DNA from: Candidatus Latescibacterota bacterium
GTDB lineage: Bacteria; Latescibacterota; UBA2968; UBA8231
DNA length: 64,000 nt
Direction of reading: 5' to 3'
Assembly (NCBI GenBank): GCA_965197905.1
Contig: CBDAOB010000003.1
Coordinates: forward strand, 64,001 to 128,000
Below the pieces are notes generated by a model. That model was given only the letters and a program-made list of their open reading frames with translations, made no database searches and was not told where the DNA came from. Positions 18,232 to 27,161 of this stretch are shown piece by piece. Position numbers and translations under genes: made by a program. How positions within the stretch are numbered: the stretch's first letter is position 1; each line of letters begins with the position of its first letter.

Positions 18232-19860
18232 ATGCCCGCAACACATCGACCTGCGATTCAAGGGGAACGCCACATGGTTTCCTCCACGCATTATCTCGCC
18301 TCCATGGGCGGGATGCGGATTCTTGAGCAAGGAGGCAATGCCGCGGATGCGGGGGTGGCTACCGGTATGTGTATCAACATGGTGGAGACCCACCTGACGC
18401 AGTTTGGCGGGGTCGCACCGATTCTATTCTGTCCGGCATCGGGGCCGCCGCAGACGATCAGCGGGTTGGGGCGGTGGCCCAGAGCGGCAAGTATCGATTA
18501 TTTCCGCGACCATGAGGGCGGCGATTTGCCTCCGGGCATTTTGCGCTCGGTCACGCCCGCTGCTCCAGACGCCTGGATCACCGCCCTGGATCGTTTCGGC
18601 ACCATGACCTTCGCAGAGGTTGTTCAGCCTGCCCTCGAACTCGTGGAGAATTGGCCCGCCCGCTATGCGGGACAGAAGGATATGGCTACCACGTTTCGAC
18701 GGCTGGTGGAGGCCGAAGCCCAAAGCGGAGGAGATCGTCACGCCGGATTGAAAGCTGCCCGGGACCTGATTTACAGGGGGGAGATCGCCCGGGAGATCGC
18801 AGCGTTCAGTGAGCAGGAAGGCGGGCTTCTGCGGGCGGAGGATCTGGCGGCCTTCGAGGTTAGGGTGGAACCCCCGGAACGTATCGATTACAAGGGGTAC
18901 GGGGTCTATTCCTGCGGAGCCTGGTGTCAGGGACCCTCCTTGTTGATGGCACTGAATATCCTGGAAGAATTCGATCTGCAGGCGATGGGGCACAACGGTG
19001 CGGACTATTTGCATCTGATTCTGGAAACCATGAAGCTGGTTTTCTCAGACCGCCACCATTACTTCGGCGACCCTGATTTTGTGCAGGTTCCCATGGCAGG
19101 TCTTTTGTGCAAAGCGTATGCGAGGGGCCGGGCAAAGTCCGTTGATCTGACACAGGCCGCACCCGATATGCCGATGCCGGGCGATCCCTGGCCTCACCAT
19201 CCCGAATCGCGATCGGAAACCGGTCCGGTGCCCGCCGCTAAAGCAACGAGCGGGAAATATCCCGTCACATGGGAACGAGACACGGCTTATGTCTGTGTGG
19301 TGGACGGTGACGGCAACGCCTTTTCGGCCACTCCGAGCGATCCGGTCGACTGGACCCCGGTGATACCGGGGTTGGGATTCGGCATGTCCGGAAGAGGATC
19401 GCAGACCTGGTTGGATCCGGACCATCCGAGCGGTTTGGAACCGGGCAAGCGGCCCCGGCTCACCCCCAATCCGGCAATGGTACTGAGGGACGGGAAGCCG
19501 TTTATGCCTTTCGGATGTCCGGGAGGAGACGCTCAGGTGCAGGGCATGTTGCAGGTATTTCTGAACGTGGTGCTATTCGGGATGGACCCCCAGGAAGCAA
19601 TTGAGGCTCCGCGGGCGGTGTCGCACTCGTTTCCAAATTCGTTCTGGCCCCATGGTTCGCGACCGGGCGAAGCCGTGGTGGAGTCGCGGGTAGACGAGGG
19701 GGTGCGGCGAAATTTGTCGGAACGGGGGCACAAGATTCAGGACGATGAGGCATGGTCGCGTGGGGTGAGTCGGGTGTGCGCGATTTTGGTCGATCCGGTG
19801 ACCGGGATGCGGGTTGGAGGCGCTGACCCGAGAGGTCCGAGCTATGCGATTGGCTGGTAA
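18232..19860 (+). CDS. ggt: Gamma-glutamyltransferase family protein
   Basis: GGNAADA, DTAYVCVVD (Thr nucleophile), PGKRPR, PGGDAQ, GGADPR; start reassigned to the ATG after GAGGAG. Confidence 0.85.
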   Translation: MPATHRPAIQGERHMVSSTHYLASMGGMRILEQGGNAADAGVATGMCINMVETHLTQFGGVAPILFCPASGPPQTISGLGRWPRAASIDYFRDHEGGDLPPGILRSVTPAAPDAWITALDRFGTMTFAEVVQPALELVENWPARYAGQKDMATTFRRLVEAEAQSGGDRHAGLKAARDLIYRGEIAREIAAFSEQEGGLLRAEDLAAFEVRVEPPERIDYKGYGVYSCGAWCQGPSLLMALNILEEFDLQAMGHNGADYLHLILETMKLVFSDRHHYFGDPDFVQVPMAGLLCKAYARGRAKSVDLTQAAPDMPMPGDPWPHHPESRSETGPVPAAKATSGKYPVTWERDTAYVCVVDGDGNAFSATPSDPVDWTPVIPGLGFGMSGRGSQTWLDPDHPSGLEPGKRPRLTPNPAMVLRDGKPFMPFGCPGGDAQVQGMLQVFLNVVLFGMDPQEAIEAPRAVSHSFPNSFWPHGSRPGEAVVESRVDEGVRRNLSERGHKIQDDEAWSRGVSRVCAILVDPVTGMRVGGADPRGPSYAIGW

Positions 19861-19875
19861 ATCTCAGGGCAACGA

Positions 19876-22803
19876 ATGCGCATGAGATTTGTGCGCGGAC
19901 ACAGCCACTGGAGCTTCTCCCTGCTGCTCGTCCTGGGGGTGGGAACGGCAGCAGGGCAACGGGGGCAAACTCAACTGCAGGTTGCCGAGGTGGAACCCCC
20001 ATCGCCTTTTCTACAGCGCACCTTCCCGCGCTATCGCAACTACGCCTTTCAGCAATTCACCAATCCCCAGGACCACGCCTCCCCTTACGCCGATCGGCCG
20101 AGAGCCTACTTCGGCTCGTTGGGTACCGAGCTCATCACCGGGTACGAACTGTATACATGGAGTGAAACTCGCTTTCCAGGACAGCAGTACGGGAGCAGGA
20201 TGTTCAAGGATATGAACATCTTTCGCCCGGTCTTCGACCACGTGATGGTCGGGCGGGACGGTTACGGCAACTGGGGCTACAGCGCCATTGCCGGGGACGG
20301 TCTGATGGCACGATTGAGCCCCCTGACCTTGTCCAAAACGGATTTCAACGGGCTGCGATTGGATGGATCTACGCCTTACCTGAGATTTACAGCCCTGGCC
20401 TCGCGTCAGGAGCGCCAGCCCGCCAACCCAACCAGTGTAAGCGCCAACTGGAACATCGACGGCACCTTCGTATCCGAGAGCAATACCCTATTTCTGGGTG
20501 GCCGGCTTGAGACCCAGATAGGTTCTCTGCGCCTGGGACTGAACGGAGCCAACGTACACCTCTACCAGAGCACCCAACCAGGCAACAGCCTCAAAGGGAG
20601 AGTGCGTCCCGACCATCCGCTCGTAGACTACATCCTGGTGCGTATCGCCGATGATTCGCCTGCCGACGGCAGCGGAGCTGTCGTCCAGGAGATCCGGCTC
20701 ATTCTCAATGGCGAAACTCGACCCGACATCCTGCCCCAGGTAGTCCGACACCGCGAAGGTGTGCCGACTCAGGTCGGCTCCGTCTCTCGAGCCACTGGCG
20801 AGTTCAGCCCGATAATTTACAACAATCCGAAGCCGGTCTTCGGATTTGAAGGTGGTCCCTACCGGGAAAGAGAAGTGCCTGCCTATGCGGACTACCTTTA
20901 CCGCTTTGCCCATGAAGCAGGCGAGGACGTGAGCGGAGATACCAACCTTGAGGGATTGCTGGCCAGCTACGCGATCGAATCGCCGGAGAACGTCCTTCAC
21001 GCCGACGGCGACGAAGTGCTCATCTGCCTGTTCGATGTGTCGCAAGAGCCGTTTGTGGAGTCCGTGGAGGTGGAGGCATTGATGGGAAACGACTACCGCA
21101 TCGATGTGGCTATCCAGTGGGTAAACAATCCTCGCGGTCGCAATCTAGCATCGAAATTCCAGAGCAGTTACTACCGCACCGTGCGGCGCGCCCGGGGCAA
21201 CGTGCAGGACCTGTCCAATCTGCGGCGCGTGCGTTTCGGCATTGGTGACAACACCGCGCTCTTTGTCTACAGCGCGGACGCCAACTTCAGTCTGGCCGGT
21301 CTGGAGATCAACGGCGAGTACTCACGCTCGGCCCTCTACTCCCGCTACCCGGCACAGCTGGAGGGAGAGCGAGTTTTTGGACAAGCGCCCCGATTCGCCG
21401 AGCGCGACGACGCCTATTATCTGCAGGCCCTGCGGTGGTTCGGGCGGGGAAACCTGGGCGCGGAGTACTTTGCCATGAATCCCCAGTACACTACCGAGCT
21501 GCGCACCTTCCTGAAAGGAGAGATCGTCTACGACTACGGCGACCTGGCGGGCTTAACCAACTCGACCCTTTACTGGCGGCTGATCCAGGACAATGATGAT
21601 GGCGACCGCTACCCCGACCGGCCATTGGGACACATCCTTGGCGCCGGCAGGTTCGCTGCCCCCGTCGATCCCGATGGAGTTTTTCCTGGCCAGGATGAGG
21701 ACAACGACGGTTGGCCCGATACCAATCGGAACTTCAATGACGTGCCCGATTACGAAGAACCCTTCCTCATCTACCATGTCGAACCGAACGATTACACCTA
21801 CGGCCTGGACCGCAACAACAATGACGAGCCCGACGCGCGGGAGGACGATCACGACGTGGACTATCCGTACGATCTAGACCAGCGCGGTCTGCACCTCTTT
21901 GGCCACCTCGATCTGACGCGGCGCTGGTCGGTGGGATTGGGACACCACGACGTCGACCAGATAGCCGGCGCCGGGCGCAACAGATCCACCTATGCCCTGC
22001 TGAACTATCGTCTGGAGGGAGCGAAGCGGTTGCGGCGCATCTTCTTCGAAAACCATTTGCGCCGGGTAAAGGACGACATTCCGGATGAGTATCTGCAGCT
22101 GGTGGAAAAACCGTCGCGCGGTTCCGTGAAGGCCGGAGATGGTGGGCTGGAGATAAACGTGTTCGGATTTTTCAACAAAGATAAGCGAGAGGACCTGCTG
22201 TTCTACAGGGATAGCTTTGTCAACGAGACCTATATGGAAAGCGCGCTCAACCCATGGTCCACTCTTCACCTGGTGCAGAAACTGCGGTTGCGTCTCAACT
22301 GGCAGCAGGGGGGAGAGGCAAGCACCGGCACCTTTCAGCGCCAACGCCGCCTGGACTATTGGACCCTGGTCAGCCGGGCGGAGTACACCTGGCACCTCGG
22401 CAAGCTAAGCCTGACGCCGCAATACAAATTCCTGCTCCTGCGCCTCATCGATCGGGAAGCCGACGTCGCTCTGCGCTCGGAGTTCAGTTCGATCCCCATA
22501 GTTGGCCTGGAGTACCCGCTCCTCAAGAAAACTACGTTGCGGGCAGGACTGCAGGGCCTTGGACCCTTGCCGTACCGACTGGAAGACCGGGAACAGACGC
22601 GCCGCTCCTTCGAGCAACGCACTACCTTCATCAGCCTGACCAACCGCACGGGTTACTTCGGCTACGACCTCTACACCATCATCGGCTTCGCGCGGAACAA
22701 GAAGGACTTCAAAGATCCGTTCCGTCGAGCCGATGGTTTTAATACCTGGTCGGTGTTTGTGCGCTCGTTGATCGGCTTCACCGAATATGGACGCCTGCTC
22801 TAG
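19876..22803 (+). CDS. Large secreted / probable outer-membrane hypothetical protein with Asp-rich Ca-binding-like repeats
   Basis: 975 aa; signal-peptide-like N-terminus; DNDDGDRYPD, DEDNDGWPD, DRNNNDEPD; alternating aromatic beta-strand pattern at the C-terminus. Confidence 0.75.
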   Translation: MRMRFVRGHSHWSFSLLLVLGVGTAAGQRGQTQLQVAEVEPPSPFLQRTFPRYRNYAFQQFTNPQDHASPYADRPRAYFGSLGTELITGYELYTWSETRFPGQQYGSRMFKDMNIFRPVFDHVMVGRDGYGNWGYSAIAGDGLMARLSPLTLSKTDFNGLRLDGSTPYLRFTALASRQERQPANPTSVSANWNIDGTFVSESNTLFLGGRLETQIGSLRLGLNGANVHLYQSTQPGNSLKGRVRPDHPLVDYILVRIADDSPADGSGAVVQEIRLILNGETRPDILPQVVRHREGVPTQVGSVSRATGEFSPIIYNNPKPVFGFEGGPYREREVPAYADYLYRFAHEAGEDVSGDTNLEGLLASYAIESPENVLHADGDEVLICLFDVSQEPFVESVEVEALMGNDYRIDVAIQWVNNPRGRNLASKFQSSYYRTVRRARGNVQDLSNLRRVRFGIGDNTALFVYSADANFSLAGLEINGEYSRSALYSRYPAQLEGERVFGQAPRFAERDDAYYLQALRWFGRGNLGAEYFAMNPQYTTELRTFLKGEIVYDYGDLAGLTNSTLYWRLIQDNDDGDRYPDRPLGHILGAGRFAAPVDPDGVFPGQDEDNDGWPDTNRNFNDVPDYEEPFLIYHVEPNDYTYGLDRNNNDEPDAREDDHDVDYPYDLDQRGLHLFGHLDLTRRWSVGLGHHDVDQIAGAGRNRSTYALLNYRLEGAKRLRRIFFENHLRRVKDDIPDEYLQLVEKPSRGSVKAGDGGLEINVFGFFNKDKREDLLFYRDSFVNETYMESALNPWSTLHLVQKLRLRLNWQQGGEASTGTFQRQRRLDYWTLVSRAEYTWHLGKLSLTPQYKFLLLRLIDREADVALRSEFSSIPIVGLEYPLLKKTTLRAGLQGLGPLPYRLEDREQTRRSFEQRTTFISLTNRTGYFGYDLYTIIGFARNKKDFKDPFRRADGFNTWSVFVRSLIGFTEYGRLL

Positions 22804-22929
22804 CCGCCCGTGGCAAAAAGCTCATGAAGCCGAATTCTTGAAATTCGGCCCACGTCCCTGCACGGGCTGCTACCCGTCTCCCAGAGCGTCGCGGTGGTCG
22901 AGCGCGCGTTGGAACTCGGCGCCAATCAT

Positions 22930-23964
22930 CTATTTGTACAGAGTCTTCAGGGCAGTACCCTTCTTCGCGCTCTGCCGGGCAAGGTCCAGTATGTGGATCG
23001 GCCTCCGCGCCCACTCAGGACTAATCACCAGCTTGGTCCCTTTTACCAGATGATTCGCAACGTTCTTGTAGAATTTCGGCCACTGGCTCGCCGCGTTGGT
23101 GCCCCTCGTAATGACCTTCTGATCTCCCCTCTGCTGGATCATCTCATAGGTTCTATTGTCGAACAGGTAGCTCCCCCTGGTACCGGAGATCTCGAGCATT
23201 CCTTCTCTTGGATTCGCCTCGACGCTCGACATGGTTAGTGTCAGCCATTTGCCGCTTTTAAAACGTACAACGGCCGAGGCGACGTCTTCATTGGTATCCT
23301 TTTTCCACGCCGTCTTGGACGCCCAAAATCCCGACCGTGTGTATCCCGCCACTTCGGTCATATCATCACCCATGATCTGGAGCGCGTATTCGAGAAGGTG
23401 GACACCCCAATCGTACATGATCCCGCCTGAGATAGACCTGCTGGATCGCCACCAGTCTCCCGGCAGACCGTGTCCCCCCATATGCGCCTCGATCCGGTAA
23501 ACATCCCCGATCGCCTTCTCTCGGCGGATATGCTTCAATGCCTCGAGCACACATCCGTCCCAGTGCCGATTGTGATACGCCGTTAACAGAAGTCGGCGCT
23601 TCTTGGCCTCGCGGATCATGGTGTCGCACTCTGCTGTCGTGATCGCGAGCGGTTTTTCGCTGACAACGCTGCGGCCGGCGCGCAGACATTGCAGCGCGAG
23701 CTTGGCGTGGGTGTTGTGCGGCGTGATCAATACAACAAGATTGACATCTGATTTCTTCAGCATCTGTGAGGCGGATGCATAAGTCCCGATCCCCGGTAAG
23801 TCTTCCTCGGCCACCTTGCGTCTCTCTGGGTCGAGCTCGGCCACGCAAACGGGAGTCATTCCAGCCGATTGCATGTCGGTCAGGTGCCGCTGCCCCATTC
23901 CGAACGCACCGCTGTATCCGATCACGCCAACCTTGATTTCTTTCGCTCGCTTGAATTTGCCCAA
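22930..23964 (-). CDS. Gfo/Idh/MocA oxidoreductase
   Basis: GVIGY, EKP, HNRHWD, DWGVH; TTG start after AAGGAG. Confidence 0.88.
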   Translation of the reverse strand: MGKFKRAKEIKVGVIGYSGAFGMGQRHLTDMQSAGMTPVCVAELDPERRKVAEEDLPGIGTYASASQMLKKSDVNLVVLITPHNTHAKLALQCLRAGRSVVSEKPLAITTAECDTMIREAKKRRLLLTAYHNRHWDGCVLEALKHIRREKAIGDVYRIEAHMGGHGLPGDWWRSSRSISGGIMYDWGVHLLEYALQIMGDDMTEVAGYTRSGFWASKTAWKKDTNEDVASAVVRFKSGKWLTLTMSSVEANPREGMLEISGTRGSYLFDNRTYEMIQQRGDQKVITRGTNAASQWPKFYKNVANHLVKGTKLVISPEWARRPIHILDLARQSAKKGTALKTLYK

Positions 23965-24030
23965 CTCGATCTCCTTTCGCCGAGCTTCAACCGGGACTGC
24001 AGTGGTCGGTCCCCTCACTCGCACCGTGCA

Positions 24031-24756
24031 TCACATCGCCTCTTTGCCGATGCGAACGAATCCTTCCGCATGCGTGCACTCCTTCATGCCGGCGATAATC
24101 TGCGCCTCAAGCCCTCGATACTTGGCGAGGATGGAGTACTGCTCCACCAGCGACGGCTGTGCCGCGAGCTTGCTCATGGCCAGAACCTTGCGCTCCATCG
24201 TGGTGTCGATGTTGACGTAAAAGTCCGGGAGAAACTTGGTCACCGGCGACGTCGCCAGCTGCGCTTCGTAACAGACGTACTTGGGCACTGCACAGGGCGC
24301 ATGCTCCGTCTGAAGGCCGGGCACATCGCAATAGGTCCGTGCCCACAACACGGCCTGAGCGGTTTCCACGTGATCCGGATGCAGGATATCGTCGATCCAG
24401 TGACAGAGAATCAGGTCCGGCTTAAAGGCCCGCACCGCATCGATAATCTGCAGGCGGCGCTCCGGTCCGAGCAACAACGGGCAATCGCCGAAATCGAAGC
24501 AGTCTATAGTGGCCCCGAGAACCCCCGCCGCTCCTTCGATCTCCTCTCTGCGAACGGTTTTGATCTCGTCCAGCGAGGGCGTCGGATCAAGCGCATACAG
24601 GGCCGGCGCCTCGCAGCGTTCCCCGTAGGACAGGTCGTGAATATGCACGGTAGCTCCCGCGTCGATAAAACGCGCGATGGTACCACCGGCGCGCGAGCAG
24701 AAGTCGGCGGCGTGGGCGCTGAAAACGAGCACTCGCTCGTGCTGCATGAATGACAT
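24031..24756 (-). CDS. PIG-L family protein, GalB (4-oxalomesaconate hydratase)-like
   Basis: SAHAADFCSRAGGTIA, LSYGER, HPDH. Confidence 0.8.
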   Translation of the reverse strand: MSFMQHERVLVFSAHAADFCSRAGGTIARFIDAGATVHIHDLSYGERCEAPALYALDPTPSLDEIKTVRREEIEGAAGVLGATIDCFDFGDCPLLLGPERRLQIIDAVRAFKPDLILCHWIDDILHPDHVETAQAVLWARTYCDVPGLQTEHAPCAVPKYVCYEAQLATSPVTKFLPDFYVNIDTTMERKVLAMSKLAAQPSLVEQYSILAKYRGLEAQIIAGMKECTHAEGFVRIGKEAM

Positions 24757-24766
24757 GGCAATCCCC

Positions 24767-24967
24767 CTAGCCAGAGTTGGCATTGGTGATAGTGCGTTCG
24801 ACCGAGCGCGCGAGCAGTTGCCGCAGACGTGCGGGAAACTGCGCGTAGAGTTTTTTCGGCACCAAAGGCCCGGCGGGTCCCTGGAGATCTTCAAGAACAC
24901 AGTATCCGTGTTCTTCGATGTCGGCTATGGCTTCCGCAACCGCGGTTTTGGACGTCACTGTAACCAC
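24767..24967 (-). pseudogene. Hollowed PhyH-dioxygenase remnant (N- and C-terminus only)
   Basis: AIADIEEHGYCVLED fused in frame to GPLVPKKLYAQFPARLRQLL; 66 aa, no HxD...H core. Confidence 0.6.
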
Positions 24968-24968
24968 C

Positions 24969-25799
24969 TTAGCTGAACCGAATGGCCTTGAATTTCTCCA
25001 TCTGCTCGGTGATGGCAATCTCCGACGGCAGCCGCTCGACGCTCGACGCACCGTAGAATCCATCGACCCCTTGCGTATTGTGCAGTACGTATTCCGCATC
25101 CTCCGGCATGGAGATCGGACCTCCGTGACAGAGCACGATAACGTCGGGATTCGTCGCTTTCGCCTCGTCGCAGATCTCCTGCACCTTGGCCGGACATTCC
25201 TCCAAGGTAAACGCCGTGGACGCACCAATCGCACCTTTAGTCGTAAGCCCCATGTGAGCGACCACGACGTCGGCGCCGGCCTCCGCCATCGCTTTGGCCT
25301 CCTTCACATTGAACGCGTAAGGCGTCGAAAACAGATCCAGTTCGTGGGCTTGCCGAACCATCTCTACCTCTAAAGCGTAACCCATGCCGGTCTCCTCCAG
25401 GTTGGCGCGAAACATGCCGTCGCAAAGACCGACCGTGGGGAAGTTCTGTACTCCGGAAAAACCGGCATCCCGCACCTGTTTGAGGAAGCGGTCCATCAGT
25501 CGGGTGGGATCCGTGCCGCAGACTCCCGCTAGCACCGGGGTGTCATCGACGATGGTCAACACCTCGCCGGCCATCTCCATGACGATTCCGTTGGCGTCCC
25601 CATACGGCATGCATCCGGCCAGCGATCCGCGACCGTTCATTCGAAAACGGCCGGAGTTGTAGATGATCAAGATGTCGACTCCGCCGGTTTCCTGACACTT
25701 GGCACTGATCCCGTTTCCGGCGCCTCCGCCGACGATCGGCACCCCTTCGTCAATCCGTTTTCGCAGCCGATCCAAAACCTGTTGTCGTGTAAAAGCCAT
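24969..25799 (-). CDS. TIM-barrel signal transduction protein (PEP hydrolase family)
   Basis: GAGNGISAK, YNSGRFRM, GVQNFPTVG, HMGLT, GFYGASS. Confidence 0.9.
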   Translation of the reverse strand: MAFTRQQVLDRLRKRIDEGVPIVGGGAGNGISAKCQETGGVDILIIYNSGRFRMNGRGSLAGCMPYGDANGIVMEMAGEVLTIVDDTPVLAGVCGTDPTRLMDRFLKQVRDAGFSGVQNFPTVGLCDGMFRANLEETGMGYALEVEMVRQAHELDLFSTPYAFNVKEAKAMAEAGADVVVAHMGLTTKGAIGASTAFTLEECPAKVQEICDEAKATNPDVIVLCHGGPISMPEDAEYVLHNTQGVDGFYGASSVERLPSEIAITEQMEKFKAIRFS

Positions 25800-25813
25800 A
25801 ATTCGCTCCGTTC

Positions 25814-27037
25814 CTATTTCTTCTGACTGATCAGGTCCAGCATCATCTCAACGGCCCTGGCCGCGAACTCGGGGTCGTTGATGTTGTGATCCACCTCTTC
25901 GACTGCGATTCCATCCTTCAGGTTGGCTTTGATCGTATCGAAGATCACCTGGTCCACATCGCGGTCGCAGAACCGCTCCCCCTCCCCATCGAGAATCGAC
26001 ACTCCCTTGAGGGGAAAGAGGAAAGCCACCGGTCCCTTGGCCGCGTTCGCTTTCCCCGCGAACGCCTTTCCCATCTTCTCGTTCTCCTCTGTATTCGTCC
26101 GCATCAGTGTGACCGACGGATTCCACTCGTAGAAGTTTCTCTTCGCATCGACGTACTCCCTGGGAACCGTCTCCATCCCGCCGAAGTTGGCCATGTCGAC
26201 GCAGCCCGGCACTATCAAATGTGGCAATCCCATCTGTCCGGCAGCGTCCAATCGTTCGGGGCCGGCGTCGAACACTCCGCCGCAGACAGTGTCGGCCCAT
26301 TCAGTGGTGGTTATGTCCAACACCGCGTCTACCAGTCCCTCCCGCACCAGGCTCTCCATGGCTTTGCCGCCGGTCCCGGTTGCGTGAAAAACCAACACCT
26401 CGTATCCCTTCGTCGAAAGCTGCTCCATACAGTCGTTCACACAGTCGGTGGTATTGCCGAACATGGAGGCGGTGATGACTGGCTTGTCATCCGTGCTTTC
26501 CGGAACCTCTGCGTCCACCATGCCGCATACGGCACCGGCTGCGCGCGCAAAAATAATTCGCGAGACACGGTTGATGCCGGCCACGTCGACGATGGAGGGA
26601 ATCATGGTGATGTCCTTGGTACCCACGTAGACCGCCACGTCCCCGGAAGCTGCCGTGGAAACACAGACCTTCGGCATACCGACGGGGAGTGTGCGCATTG
26701 CTGAACTGACCACGGTTGTGCCTCCCGTCCCCCCCATGCCGAGGATGCCGTTGATTTTTCCTTCCTCTTGCAATGATTTGACAATGACCGGGGCACCGTC
26801 GCACATGATCTTCATCGCCTCGCCGCGATCCTTGTTTTCGCGCAGCTGATCGAGCTTGCCGCCGCCCGCCTCAGCCAGCTGGTCGGCTTCCACATCCACC
26901 GGGAAGAGAGTGGTCGAACCCAAAACGCCGGTGTTCACCGTAAGTACCTCTTTCCCTCGGGCGAGTATCTGCTGCCGCACGAAAGCGTATTCCGGTCCTT
27001 TGGTATCGAAGGCTCCAATCAAACAGATCTTCTTCAT
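25814..27037 (-). CDS. Tm-1-like ATP-binding domain protein (UPF0261)
   Basis: DTKGPE, SMFGNTT, FHATGTGG, DITTTE, PGCVDMANF, HNINDPEFA. Confidence 0.9.
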   Translation of the reverse strand: MKKICLIGAFDTKGPEYAFVRQQILARGKEVLTVNTGVLGSTTLFPVDVEADQLAEAGGGKLDQLRENKDRGEAMKIMCDGAPVIVKSLQEEGKINGILGMGGTGGTTVVSSAMRTLPVGMPKVCVSTAASGDVAVYVGTKDITMIPSIVDVAGINRVSRIIFARAAGAVCGMVDAEVPESTDDKPVITASMFGNTTDCVNDCMEQLSTKGYEVLVFHATGTGGKAMESLVREGLVDAVLDITTTEWADTVCGGVFDAGPERLDAAGQMGLPHLIVPGCVDMANFGGMETVPREYVDAKRNFYEWNPSVTLMRTNTEENEKMGKAFAGKANAAKGPVAFLFPLKGVSILDGEGERFCDRDVDQVIFDTIKANLKDGIAVEEVDHNINDPEFAARAVEMMLDLISQKK

Positions 27038-27161
27038 TATCTAACCTTCCTCTACCTTTCTGATTCTAGATGACGCAAGTTAGCGTCCGGTTTTACCTTC
27101 GCCAACCCCCCAACTCCAGATTCCTGGCGGACGGCGCCCACGCCACTCGAGACGGGACGTT

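Noticed and set aside
22870..22929. 19-aa ORF MIGAEFQRALDHRDALGDG right after the oxidoreductase stop
   Set aside because: Could be another scar but is too short to distinguish from chance
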